Both the position numbers and the translations under genes were made by a program. The notes beneath the pieces were generated by a model, which ran no database searches, was not told where the DNA came from, and was given only the letters and a program-made list of their open reading frames with translations. From a virus (Duplodnaviria; Heunggongvirae; Uroviricota; Caudoviricetes), in the IMG/VR virus record IMGVR_UViG_2778261231_000002, positions 1 through 45,127 of that record: a stretch of DNA of 45,127 nucleotides; one strand, written 5' to 3'. Below, piece after piece: positions 1-8,947 of this stretch. How positions within the stretch are numbered: the first letter of the stretch is position 1; the number at the start of each line of letters is the position of its first letter.

Positions 1-285
1 ATGACGAAATGCGCTATCTTGCAATTTATCTGCGCTATCGAGCTTCGCTTCCAGTTCAGCGATTCGCTTCTCTGCGGCTTCCAGCGATGCCAGCAGCGCC
101 AGCACGGTGGCGGGGTTTGCTGCGGAGTTCAGCGCGTTCAAGGCAGTGATATCTGCATCAAGCTGAGTTCCTTCTGCCAGTGAGATATCGAAAATGTCAT
201 CAGGCGGCATAACACTAAGGCGCTCATGTGCGCCAACTGCTGCCGCTGCGATTTCACGCAGCGCCTGTTTGTCGATGTTGCTCAT
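1..285 (-). CDS. Ea22-like early protein, 3' end cut by window edge (N-terminus [16 protein letters not shown])
   Basis: Hand translation of minus strand from ATG at 285 gives 95 codons with no stop; AGGAGG 9 nt upstream; N-terminus parallels the next gene. Confidence 0.5.
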   Translation of the reverse strand, partial: MSNIDKQALREIAAAAVGAHERLSVMPPDDIFDISLAEGTQLDADITALNALNSAANPATVLALLASLEAAEKRIAELEAKLDSADKLQDSAFRH

Positions 286-875
286 TGGACTGCCTCCTGG
301 CGAAGTTTCTGCGCTAAATCGTCAAGCATGTTTGCGTAATTAAACTGGTTTACGTCATCAAGAGCGCAAGCCGCCATCTCCACGCCACGCGCCCGTACTT
401 CAGCCAGAAAAGCATCGGTGGCTGGGGTTTTGTTATCTGACTCCAGCCACTGGTTGTAGTAATAATCGAACATGCCAGTAGGATAACCACATCCGCTGTG
501 CACGTGGTCTTTCATAGCAGAACCACACATGCAGTAGTCATTGTCAGTATTACTAATGATGTCGATAAGTTGCTGTGTCCGTTGCTTCAACATCGCATTC
601 TCCGCCGCCAGCGCCGAAAACTTCTCGTGTGCCAACTTAACAGCTGCATCAGCCTGCTTAATTGACTCAGTCGCTTTCTGGTGGTCTTCGGCCAGCCCTG
701 CTAAATCAGCCTCCAGTTCGGCTAGGCGTTCATTTAATGCATCTCGTTCATCCAGTAGAGCCAGCACAACCTGAGGTGTGACTTTCATACGAAATGCCAG
801 CAATTTTTGAGGCGTTGCTACTGTTTCAATTGCTACTGCTGCCTCACGCAGTACCTGATAGTCAATCTTGCTCAC
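282..875 (-). CDS. Ea22-like early protein paralog (probable GTG start at 875; track ORF extends to 896)
   Basis: ORF 282..896; AAGGAGG 7 nt upstream of in-frame GTG; N-terminus [13 protein letters not shown] resembles neighbour; coiled-coil middle. Confidence 0.5.
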   Translation of the reverse strand: MSKIDYQVLREAAVAIETVATPQKLLAFRMKVTPQVVLALLDERDALNERLAELEADLAGLAEDHQKATESIKQADAAVKLAHEKFSALAAENAMLKQRTQQLIDIISNTDNDYCMCGSAMKDHVHSGCGYPTGMFDYYYNQWLESDNKTPATDAFLAEVRARGVEMAACALDDVNQFNYANMLDDLAQKLRQEAVQ

Positions 876-1072
876 TGGTTGCCTCCTTTGCGCCACATAG
901 CATTCAGATATTTGTTTTGATTCACTGATGGAAAAGAATTTCTCTTAAGCAATTCCTCTCTCGATGGCATTGGCTTTACGCGTTGGCGAATAATCATTTC
1001 TGCCGGAAGAATGCCGGGATTGTATGCAAGTCCTCTCATGGTAAATTCCTCAGTCATTACTGATAGCGCCAT
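872..1072 (-). CDS. hypothetical small early protein
   Basis: 66-aa ORF in operon orientation, stop overlaps downstream start (GTGA). Confidence 0.35.
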   Translation of the reverse strand: MALSVMTEEFTMRGLAYNPGILPAEMIIRQRVKPMPSREELLKRNSFPSVNQNKYLNAMWRKGGNQ

Positions 1073-1346
1073 AGCGTGAGCGGTAATTACGCAGGCGCGG
1101 GTCGATATATTCAGGGAAGTGGGTATATGTGGCTTTGCGTAATGGTCGGATTGATGTTTCGTTTATTCGGTCTTTTTCCTGTTTTTCTGCGAGTTGTATA
1201 TCGCGTCGGTACTTCCGTTCTGCTTTTGTTTCTGGTGGCAGAGCAAGAAACGCGCCGAGATTATTCTTGATACTTTCCAGCACCTCCGATACGGAATTGC
1301 CGGAACAGCGGCGCGGGTCATCCGCACCATACAGAGGCGCTGGCAT
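1050..1346 (-). CDS. hypothetical early protein
   Basis: 98-aa ORF co-oriented with early-left operon. Confidence 0.4.
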   Translation of the reverse strand: MPAPLYGADDPRRCSGNSVSEVLESIKNNLGAFLALPPETKAERKYRRDIQLAEKQEKDRINETSIRPLRKATYTHFPEYIDPRLRNYRSRYGAISND

Positions 1347-1359
1347 GATTTTCTCCTGA

Positions 1360-1839
1360 TTAAATTGCGTGAATAGCGTGACGAGGGAAGGGGAGAGTTA
1401 CTGGTTCCTCGTCTGGGTAGATAGGTTTGTTATGTTTGTGCCACTCGACATGACATGACTTGCAGAGCCACATCACATCGGTCGGTTTGCTGTAGTCGCA
1501 GTGGTGCGCCTGTGGTTTACATTCTGATCCGCAGCACTCACATTGTGGTGGTCGGATTAGCTTACCGTCGCGCAAAAAATTACCCACAATGATGTGGGCT
1601 TTTCTTTTCCATGGGTTGCTCTGAATGAACCGCTTTTTGGCTGCGTTACACCGTTCTCTTCCGCGTTCCGATGATTGATATTCTCTCCTTGCTGATACTC
1701 GATGTGGCAATCCAGCGCGTTCTTTGTCGTATTCAGCCAGGCAAGCCCGGCAAGCGGCAGTTAATCCATCTCTGGATGCTCTTCTGATTTGAAAGTCCCT
1801 TTCTTCCTTCTGTTGATGGCATCTTGAGCAGATTTTCAT
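1360..1839 (-). CDS. HNH endonuclease
   Basis: Cys pairs and CECCGSECKPQAHHCDY...CKSCHVEWH motif typical of HNH. Confidence 0.7.
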   Translation of the reverse strand: MKICSRCHQQKEERDFQIRRASRDGLTAACRACLAEYDKERAGLPHRVSARREYQSSERGRERCNAAKKRFIQSNPWKRKAHIIVGNFLRDGKLIRPPQCECCGSECKPQAHHCDYSKPTDVMWLCKSCHVEWHKHNKPIYPDEEPVTLPFPRHAIHAI

Positions 1840-1848
1840 ATTCAGCTC

Positions 1849-2331
1849 CTAGAACGGAATATCCGAATCGTCGAAGTTCATAGGTGTTTCGCTGTGATTT
1901 CCCTGCTGCTGAGGTTGCTGTCTTTGTTGCTGACCGTTATTTCGCTGAGGTGAAGACTGTTCATTGCCTCCTTGCTTGCCACCAAGCATTTGCATGGTTC
2001 CACCAACGCCCACGATAACTTCGGTAGTGAACCGATCCTTTCCGCTTTGATCCTGCCATTTTCTTGTCCGCAATTTTCCTTCAAGATAAACCTCAGAGCC
2101 TTTTCGCAGATATTCGCTGGCAATTTCTGCCAGTTTCCCGCTCATTACCACACGGTGCCACTCCGTCTGCTCCTTTTGCTCTCCAGTTTGCTTATCACGC
2201 CATTGTTCTGACGTAGCAACTGTAAGGTTTGCAAATGCCGTTCCTGATGGTGAGTATCGAACTTCCGGGTCTTGTCCTACCCGACCAAGGATAATCACCT
2301 TATTTATCCCGCGAGAACTCATTTGCTCCAC
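1849..2331 (-). CDS. ssb: single-stranded DNA-binding protein
   Basis: OB-fold N-terminus, Gly/Gln-rich linker, C-terminal DDSDIPF tail. Confidence 0.9.
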   Translation of the reverse strand: MEQMSSRGINKVIILGRVGQDPEVRYSPSGTAFANLTVATSEQWRDKQTGEQKEQTEWHRVVMSGKLAEIASEYLRKGSEVYLEGKLRTRKWQDQSGKDRFTTEVIVGVGGTMQMLGGKQGGNEQSSPQRNNGQQQRQQPQQQGNHSETPMNFDDSDIPF

Positions 2332-2786
2332 CTCTTGCCAGTTTTTATGTTGCTTATAATTGATTGAGATACACCCATGTCTTTTGCTATCTTGTACTGA
2401 CTCTCTTTTTCAGAGAGTCTTTTCCTAATTTCTATAACCTGCCACTCTGTTAATTTTGCACCATGATGAGCATGACCTTTCTTGGCTCCACGATGCCTTC
2501 CTTTTGCTATCTTGTCGTCCATGTTTTCTTGCGCGCTACCTAAAAAGAGATGTTCAGGATTAACGCAGCATGGGTTATCGCATTTGTGGCAAACCATCTT
2601 CCCAGATGGAATGGGGGAGTGATAAAGCTCAAAAGCAACCCGATGAGAAAGCATTGTTACGCCAAAGGCTACAAATTTTGTGTATCCTCCTTTGTTTTTT
2701 GAATAGGTAGACTCCCAGCAACCTGTTGTTTCATTAACTTTGTAGCTGGACTCGAATCTTTTAATAATTCCGTCCAAGTGAGACAT
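2319..2786 (-). CDS. HNH homing endonuclease with C-terminal HTH
   Basis: [15 protein letters not shown] motif; C-terminal DNA-binding helix region. Confidence 0.7.
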   Translation of the reverse strand: MSHLDGIIKRFESSYKVNETTGCWESTYSKNKGGYTKFVAFGVTMLSHRVAFELYHSPIPSGKMVCHKCDNPCCVNPEHLFLGSAQENMDDKIAKGRHRGAKKGHAHHGAKLTEWQVIEIRKRLSEKESQYKIAKDMGVSQSIISNIKTGKRWSK

Positions 2787-3494
2787 TTATGCCGCCTGTT
2801 TTAGTTCGTTAACTCTGATGTTCATTACCTGAACGCATTTAGCCTGCGCCTCCTCGTTGCCAGCCATTAATTGCCAGTCACGCTGATAACGCTCGATGAG
2901 TTTTTTCTTGTCAGTTTCTGTTGACGCATAATCGCTGAAGTCTTTCAGGATTTGTTCGCAGTCAACCGATGGAGATTTCTGGTTGGTATTTTCTGGTGAT
3001 GGTTTGTTATCTGATGCTGGGATTGCCCAGCCTGGCAGCGATGGAGGGAGCCAGTAAAATCCTGTTCCATCCTTGAGTTTTGCCCTGTGCCATCCCTGCT
3101 TTTTGTCGAGAGATGTTTGTGCGAAACCTTCCTCAAGGTTATACAGATACCGACCGATTCCCCACTGAACGGCAGCGCGCTTCATTGCACCTGAACGACC
3201 ACCTTTGACGGCTTCTACCTGCGTGTTTTCAGCAGCATCCCATTTGGTTACCCATTCGGAATCAATCTTTATTGATATGCCGCATTCAACGCCGCCGTTG
3301 TTGGGAATATCGCGGTATTCATTGCGCCATCCTGCTTTGCCACAAACATCGTCCAGGCGTTTCATGATTGCCCGGTTCGTGACATAAGCCAGCACCATAG
3401 CCCACACCTTGCCATCGCGTGTTTTACCGCTTTGCTGTATTCGCCATTCGATATCCTCAGGGCTGAATGGCTCATCGAATTTGTTCAAATCCAT
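2787..3494 (-). CDS. Rad52/Sak-like single-strand annealing protein
   Basis: N-terminal region resembles Rad52-family annealases; sits next to ssb in recombination module. Confidence 0.55.
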   Translation of the reverse strand: MDLNKFDEPFSPEDIEWRIQQSGKTRDGKVWAMVLAYVTNRAIMKRLDDVCGKAGWRNEYRDIPNNGGVECGISIKIDSEWVTKWDAAENTQVEAVKGGRSGAMKRAAVQWGIGRYLYNLEEGFAQTSLDKKQGWHRAKLKDGTGFYWLPPSLPGWAIPASDNKPSPENTNQKSPSVDCEQILKDFSDYASTETDKKKLIERYQRDWQLMAGNEEAQAKCVQVMNIRVNELKQAA

Positions 3495-3593
3495 AATTCA
3501 CCTCAGAATGGACACGGCCCAAGGAAATAACGCTGATTTAATACTTCGACTCGGGACAAATTAAGGCATACCCGCATTCCTTCGCGGTCACCA

Positions 3594-3782
3594 TTATGGC
3601 GATACCAGAGAGCTTTCTGCGTGTACATGCGTCTCTGTAACTTGCTCTCCTTCACTGTGGTTGCAAGTGACATGAATATCTCCTTCGTTACCGATTAATT
3701 CTTTCATCTGACGAATGAATTCTTCGTCTGACCAGTTATCTGTAAAACTCATGGACGGCCTTGTTGTTTCAAAATATCCCAA
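3594..3782 (-). CDS. hypothetical small protein
   Basis: ORF in operon orientation, TTG start in track. Confidence 0.3.
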   Translation of the reverse strand: MGYFETTRPSMSFTDNWSDEEFIRQMKELIGNEGDIHVTCNHSEGEQVTETHVHAESSLVSP

Positions 3783-3919
3783 AGCTTTTCGAGCAAACTT
3801 TTCATTCTTGGTTGTTTAAAGTCTGCTCCGGTTAAAATATTTTTTCGTGAATGCTGTACCGATAAAATCGGGTTGAAAGGGCGAACCGATGCCGCCCCTG
3901 CAATAGCGAACTGTTGCAT
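3749..3919 (-). CDS. hypothetical small protein (MQQFAIAG...)
   Basis: AAGGAG 6 nt upstream of ATG at 3919. Confidence 0.35.
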   Translation of the reverse strand: MQQFAIAGAASVRPFNPILSVQHSRKNILTGADFKQPRMKSLLEKLWDILKQQGRP

Positions 3920-4137
3920 AGGATGCTCCTTCTGTTTGATTGCATAACGAAAACGCCTCAAGTGAAGCGTTATTGGTATGCATATAAAAAAGCCCTCACA
4001 CTGGAGGGCAAAGAAGATTTCCAATAATCAGAACAAGTCGGCTCCTGTTTAGTTACGAGCGACATTGCTCCGTGTATTCACTCGTTGGAATGAATACACA
4101 GTGCAGTGTTTATTCTGTTGCTTATTCCAAAGCAAAT

Positions 4138-4380
4138 TTAACCATCAACAAACTCTTCTGGTAATTTATCAACCAGTTGATGACTTATTATCAGCCATTT
4201 GCCATCCTTCGTTTCGTATGCATATTTCTGGTCTTTTATCATCATGTGTTCGGCTACTGCCCTAACTGCCTGATCGGTGACATCTTCTCTCTTTCCTACC
4301 CACATTCCTTTTTCAGTGTTTAATGTTCCTTGAAAAATACGACCGCTTAATGGGCTTGCGCCCATAGTTTTTACTCTCAT
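4138..4380 (-). CDS. hypothetical early protein
   Basis: 80-aa ORF in pL operon. Confidence 0.4.
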   Translation of the reverse strand: MRVKTMGASPLSGRIFQGTLNTEKGMWVGKREDVTDQAVRAVAEHMMIKDQKYAYETKDGKWLIISHQLVDKLPEEFVDG

Positions 4381-4444
4381 GTATCAGCTCTCAAATAAGT
4401 GGTTTGCTGCCAAAACAATGAACCATCCGGAAATTCCAGATAGT

Positions 4445-4672
4445 TCATAATTCACTCTTCAATACTTCCAACTTACTAATCGCCGATAGATATCCGCGCT
4501 GATAGGGCATCATGATTCCTTCGAGCTTGCCACTTCTTAACTCCTCCCTGAGCAATTGTATTGCTTGATCAATAACCTCTTCCTTAGCGTCCTTTATGGC
4601 TTGCTTGCGGGGCTTTGCTTTCTGCTTTGGCAGATTTCTCAAGCATGATGGAATGTATGTCTGATTCATCAC
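4445..4672 (-). CDS. hypothetical early protein
   Basis: 75-aa ORF immediately downstream of N-like gene. Confidence 0.4.
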   Translation of the reverse strand: MMNQTYIPSCLRNLPKQKAKPRKQAIKDAKEEVIDQAIQLLREELRSGKLEGIMMPYQRGYLSAISKLEVLKSEL

Positions 4673-5056
4673 TTACCTCGCTGTCAGTTGTTTTGATTTC
4701 CGGTAGCCTGCCGCGTAAATGGCTACGTTTGGAAGACATACACCAGTTTCTGGTTGCTTATGTCCAAACTCATTCGCGTACACAATGGCCGCTCGCTCCA
4801 GATTGCGTCTGTATTCTTTCTGTTGCCAGATCACGTCCTGTGCCATGAACTTAATTGGCTTAGCGTCTTCTATGCGCTCAGGCGTTTCGTGAGTACCTTT
4901 AGCCTGAATCTGCGCTCTGCTTAGAGTAGGGCGGTGTAATACTTCTGAACTTATTGCTTCTTCGCGGGCCAGTACGCCGTTAGCTAATGCCTTTGCCTTT
5001 AAACGCTCACGACGACGAGAACGTGAATTGCCTTTGAACTGAGTTCTGCGTGTCAT
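4673..5056 (-). CDS. N: antitermination protein N-like (P22 gp24-like)
   Basis: Arg-rich N-terminus GNSRSRRRERLKAKA; C-terminus LPNVAIYAAGYRKSKQLTAR resembles P22 gp24; AGGAGG RBS; first gene leftward of OL. Confidence 0.6.
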   Translation of the reverse strand: MTRRTQFKGNSRSRRRERLKAKALANGVLAREEAISSEVLHRPTLSRAQIQAKGTHETPERIEDAKPIKFMAQDVIWQQKEYRRNLERAAIVYANEFGHKQPETGVCLPNVAIYAAGYRKSKQLTAR

Positions 5057-5317
5057 ATAGACCTCCTGATGAACTTTGGTGGTGTGGTGGCTGGTAGTCT
5101 AGCTCCAGCTTGTTGAGTCTCATTCGGAGGGGTATAACCGGCACCCCAGTGATTTTTCCATGCGACAACGTGCGCGTTATGGCGGCCTTATCGCCCGCGG
5201 CTCCCCATCTCGTCCACGCTATTGCTAGCGTTGGGAGCGCTTCACCGCTCAACAGTAGGTAAGCACTTGCCAGTGACTAGCTGGCTTCACCACACCCCAA
5301 AGTTCACTTTGGTTATT

Positions 5318-5332
5318 GCGCTTTGTCAGCGC
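5318..5332 (-). promoter_or_regulatory. nutL boxB hairpin (GCGCTGACAAAGCGC on minus strand)
   Basis: 15-mer matches recalled P22 boxB-left; lies in N leader between OL and N. Confidence 0.55.
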
Positions 5333-5404
5333 CGTAGATTCATATTCGAATCGTTGTATATTCACCGCCCTGGTGAGTAGTGCGTCCTGCTGATGGGCAA
5401 ACTT

Positions 5405-5460
5405 TATCGGAATGATAAATTAATGGCAATAGCAAAATGATAAATTCTTTTGATTTTCAA
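5405..5460. promoter_or_regulatory. OL operator/pL region with repeated ATGATAAAT motif
   Basis: Motif at 5412-5420 and 5437-5445 plus inverted half-site; same motif recurs at OR. Confidence 0.45.
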
Positions 5461-5622
5461 ATATCGTATTGATTCTTATGGTGTTTTATTTTGTTGTAGG
5501 AATTCGACAGGATAAATAAAGAGATTTGAGGGAGATCTGGATTGCGTGGTTTAGCAAGTTGTATCAATCAGTTTTTCAATAAATACAATGAGTTATGTTT
5601 TTTTAGGTGGGGGATCGAGAGG

Positions 5623-5651
5623 CAAAAAAAACCCGGCTCGGTGGCCGGGTT
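5623..5651 (-). terminator. rho-independent terminator after cargo gene
   Basis: 7-bp stem ACCCGGC/GCCGGGT, T-run on minus strand (A7 on plus). Confidence 0.6.
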
Positions 5652-5660
5652 TGGAGTGCA

Positions 5661-6707
5661 TCACTCTGGTTCGCTGGGGAATATATTTATCAATTGCCCT
5701 GTTGAAATGTGCCCATTTTCTACAACCTCTAGGTATGAAATTTCAACAGTTGATTCTTTGGCTACAGCATTCAAAAACTCAAGAAGCTCATCAGTAGATG
5801 TTATGTCGGCTGAGGTTTTTATGGTGAAAGATTCACCATTTGAAACCCTTATGACGTCAATATTTATGTCCTGATTTGTTTCTCCCGAGCGACGAACGCC
5901 CGTGACATAAAAGTTATCTCTTCTAGTTTCCTTTTTTCGATCAATTGATTGTCTTTGGTTTAAGGTATTCAACTGTTCTCTATTTACCACTCTCTGACCA
6001 ATTGTTACCCTCTCAACTGACGAGTCTTGAGCAAGCTTTTTAAGCAACTTGCTTTTACCATCCTCGCCGTGAGCCAGAACCTCTCTGCTAATGTTTGTTT
6101 GACCGCTAATCAACAACTTGAGCACATTGTCTTGTGCTTCGTTTACCGCTTTGGTGCTTTTTTCCACCAATTGCACCTGAGAATCTTGGTCATGTCGCTG
6201 TGTTTCGTAGTACTCACTGATCCACTTATAGCCTACCGTGCTGGCAGCTAAGACGATAGCGGCGACGGCGCATAGTGCTTGCCTTCCTGTCATTTTGCCT
6301 ATCGCTTGAGTAAACACTGTCACCACTCCGTTTACAATCGGATCTGAGTCACCATCCGCTTGGCTTGAGCCTTCGCTTATTCGGTAGACAATATCCAGCA
6401 AACCTTTCTCTGCATCTTTTAGCTTCTGCCGATTATGAGTGCTGTGACTGACTACCGTAAATGCTTTTTGTATTTCATGCGTAAGCTCTGCCATACCAAA
6501 AAGCATTGACGCAGTCAATGAAGAATTATATCTATTTGGATCGCCTTTTACATTAATATTGATCTTTGGCCATCCACTGAAAACTACGTTAGGGAATGTG
6601 AAGTCGCTTGAGTCGATATCCTTCCTTCCGAGCATTTCCGTTACAAAAGATACAAAGTCGTCTTCTGACTTGATAACATATTGCGCAGGTTGATCAATCG
6701 CTGACAT
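5661..6707 (-). CDS. uncharacterized membrane-anchored protein in rexAB-equivalent position
   Basis: 348-aa ORF 76 bp downstream of cI on same strand; hydrophobic segment LCAVAAIVLAASTVGY; AT-rich. Confidence 0.6.
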   Translation of the reverse strand: MSAIDQPAQYVIKSEDDFVSFVTEMLGRKDIDSSDFTFPNVVFSGWPKININVKGDPNRYNSSLTASMLFGMAELTHEIQKAFTVVSHSTHNRQKLKDAEKGLLDIVYRISEGSSQADGDSDPIVNGVVTVFTQAIGKMTGRQALCAVAAIVLAASTVGYKWISEYYETQRHDQDSQVQLVEKSTKAVNEAQDNVLKLLISGQTNISREVLAHGEDGKSKLLKKLAQDSSVERVTIGQRVVNREQLNTLNQRQSIDRKKETRRDNFYVTGVRRSGETNQDINIDVIRVSNGESFTIKTSADITSTDELLEFLNAVAKESTVEISYLEVVENGHISTGQLINIFPSEPE

Positions 6708-6783
6708 TCTTAATCCTTAACATCCATTCCTATCACCCAAACGTCTCTTCAGGCCACTGGCTATCAGCTATGTGACGATGAAG

Positions 6784-7488
6784 TCACGAACTTTTCAGCC
6801 ACTCCCTTGCCTCGATGTCATCCAGATGGCGAGATTGCTTCAGAATACCAGCCACATACTCCACCTTTGCTACTTGATGATAAGGCAACGTTATTGGCCT
6901 GTGGTCTTGGTTGATGCTTGTAAATTGGTATTCTCCATCTCTGTCATAGCCAAGAACCTTAATCATGTTGTGTCCTTCAACGGTTCTGACAAACACCTCA
7001 TCACCCGGGAATACTTTGGTGTTAGGCTCAATGAGTACATATTCTCCTGATTTTATTCTAGGCCACATGCTGTCTCCTTTCACACGAAGGCCAAAGGCAT
7101 CTGGATCATCGCTATAAATTTTGAGCCACCCATCGCGCTCTTCGGTCATCTCGATGGCACCATCAACACCAAGAATTGCCTCACCAACCACGCGCACTAA
7201 CCCTTTTCTTACCTGACCGACAAAAGTTAAAGAATCTGAGCATGATGCAATTGGTGTTACATCATGTACCAAATCAAGCCACCCATTAGGTAACCCAAGT
7301 GCGGCTTCAAATTTTCTTGCTAGTTTATCCCCTATGTTTCGAGTGCTTTTTTCACCGGAGACTTGCGTGAGTTGAGAAGGGCTAACCCCAAGCTTATCGG
7401 CAAAGCTTGCATTAGTGTTACCCGCGATTTTTTTATGCTCATCTAGCAAAAACGCCAGATTCGATTTGCGAATATCTTTGTTTTCCAT
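6784..7488 (-). CDS. cI: CI-type repressor (HTH plus S24 LexA-like peptidase)
   Basis: N-terminal HTH; C-terminal GDSMWP with downstream Lys, typical autocleavage domain. Confidence 0.85.
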   Translation of the reverse strand: MENKDIRKSNLAFLLDEHKKIAGNTNASFADKLGVSPSQLTQVSGEKSTRNIGDKLARKFEAALGLPNGWLDLVHDVTPIASCSDSLTFVGQVRKGLVRVVGEAILGVDGAIEMTEERDGWLKIYSDDPDAFGLRVKGDSMWPRIKSGEYVLIEPNTKVFPGDEVFVRTVEGHNMIKVLGYDRDGEYQFTSINQDHRPITLPYHQVAKVEYVAGILKQSRHLDDIEAREWLKSS

Positions 7489-7499
7489 CTCACAATTCT

Positions 7500-7600
7500 C
7501 CCTCTATTTAGCAAATGGATAAATACGCAATATGATAAATTTACATTGCGGTTGATTTATCAAAATGGTAAAGTTATTCTGTATGATAAACGGAGGCACT
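7500..7600. promoter_or_regulatory. OR operator region (pRM/pR) with ATGATAAAT-type sites
   Basis: Sites at 7516-7524, 7532-7540, 7583-7591 and inverted copy near 7553-7560, between divergent cI and cro. Confidence 0.5.
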
Positions 7601-7601
7601 A

Positions 7602-7835
7602 ATGAGTAATGAACTACTACGCTGGCGAAAAGAGGCTTCTAGTGAGGAATGGAAGCGACTCGCCGCATTAGCGAAAACTTCAGTTGGCTATCTTGACCAG
7701 ATTGCATATGGATTTCGAAGAGCTTCCCCTGATAAAGCGAATGCAATCGAAGAAGCTACTCGTAATTTCACGGCCTATAAACCCGTGAAAAAGGAAAACC
7801 TGGTGTTCGTATCGCGTAGAGCATCAGCAGCATAA
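7602..7835 (+). CDS. cro: Cro-like repressor
   Basis: 77-aa HTH protein divergent from cI; GGAGG RBS. Confidence 0.6.
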   Translation: MSNELLRWRKEASSEEWKRLAALAKTSVGYLDQIAYGFRRASPDKANAIEEATRNFTAYKPVKKENLVFVSRRASAA

Positions 7836-7842
7836 GTAACAC

Positions 7843-7888
7843 CGCTCTTTTCACAATGGACATTCGTCCTACGTCGCTGACAAAGCGA
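7843..7888 (+). promoter_or_regulatory. nutR (boxA CGCTCTTTT and boxB TCGCTGACAAAGCGA)
   Basis: boxA-like 9-mer then hairpin with same loop as nutL boxB, downstream of cro. Confidence 0.5.
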
Positions 7889-7973
7889 GCCCCAAGATAT
7901 CTGACCAACTAAGGTCATATGCGTTTCCACGCATACCTTTCAACTAACTATTCACTATTGGAAATATTAAGAA

Positions 7974-8270
7974 ATGACACAAGCAAGTTACAGCAAGCCA
8001 ACACAGCGAGAAATTGATCGCGCTGAAACTGATTTACTCATCAACCTGTCAACGCTTACCCAGCGCGGTTTGGCAAAGATGATTGGCTGTCATGAATCGA
8101 AGATAAGCAGAACGGACTGGAGGTTTATTGCTTCGGTCTTGTGTGCTTTCGGAATGGCATCAGACATCAGTCCGATTAGCAGGGCTTTTAAGTATGCATT
8201 GGATGGAATCACAAAGAAAAAATCCCCGGCTGCCACCGAGGATTCTGAGCAAATTGATATGCAATTCTGA
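7974..8270 (+). CDS. cII: transcriptional activator CII
   Basis: C-terminus KKKSPAATEDSEQIDMQF parallels lambda CII. Confidence 0.85.
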   Translation: MTQASYSKPTQREIDRAETDLLINLSTLTQRGLAKMIGCHESKISRTDWRFIASVLCAFGMASDISPISRAFKYALDGITKKKSPAATEDSEQIDMQF

Positions 8271-8302
8271 GGGAATTACTGGATCAATCCACAGGAGTAA
8301 TT

Positions 8303-8947
8303 ATGACATACGAAAATGACAAATTCCAGGTTCTGAAGAGCATGAAGGTGCCAGATGATTTTAAATCAAATGGCTTTGTTTATGTGCTTTCTAATGAGTG
8401 CATGCCAGGAATTTATAAGATTGGGATGACTAAGCATTCACCAGAAGTTAGGGCTAAAGAAATTTCAGCCTCTACTGGCGTTCCTAAGCCATTTAAGGTG
8501 ATAGCAGCCTTTCATTCAAATAATCCCGCATCAGATGAAAAACTCATTCATAAAGCCTTTGCAAAAGAGAGGCTTAGTGATAATCGAGAGTTTTTCAAGC
8601 TTGAAGATAATGAGCTTTCTGAATCTCTAAATGAAATAAGGGCGCTGGTTGGCCCTGAAAGAAATGGCGAGACGGCAGAATACGCAATTTACGACTCATT
8701 CATTTCTTTTCGCCATGAAAATGAGCTTGATCTTAATGAGGAGCTTATAGAGCAAGGTCTGGGTAGTGTAGTTGGTCATCTTCCTGCGGTGAAAAATTTC
8801 CTTATTCGCGCCGGAATTGATTACGCGAAGCAACTGATAAGCAAATATAACTCATCGATAGTTATTAATACAGATGGCAGTGTGGTGATGGTTAAGTCTC
8901 TTGAAGCCCAATGCTTTGATGCGGAGGTTGGAAATGAGCCTGGCTGA
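8303..8947 (+). CDS. T5orf172/GIY-YIG-like domain protein
   Basis: GFVYVLSNECMPGIYKIGMT...RAKEIS motif; AT-rich; inserted between cII and O. Confidence 0.55.
   Translation: MTYENDKFQVLKSMKVPDDFKSNGFVYVLSNECMPGIYKIGMTKHSPEVRAKEISASTGVPKPFKVIAAFHSNNPASDEKLIHKAFAKERLSDNREFFKLEDNELSESLNEIRALVGPERNGETAEYAIYDSFISFRHENELDLNEELIEQGLGSVVGHLPAVKNFLIRAGIDYAKQLISKYNSSIVINTDGSVVMVKSLEAQCFDAEVGNEPG

Noticed and set aside
5007-5252. 81-aa minus-strand ORF upstream of N
   Set aside because: Lies in the N leader spanning the nutL region and overlaps the N start; likely untranslated.
5542-5874. Plus-strand ORFs across the terminator and cargo gene 3' end
   Set aside because: Antisense to the cargo gene and spanning a terminator; no RBS.
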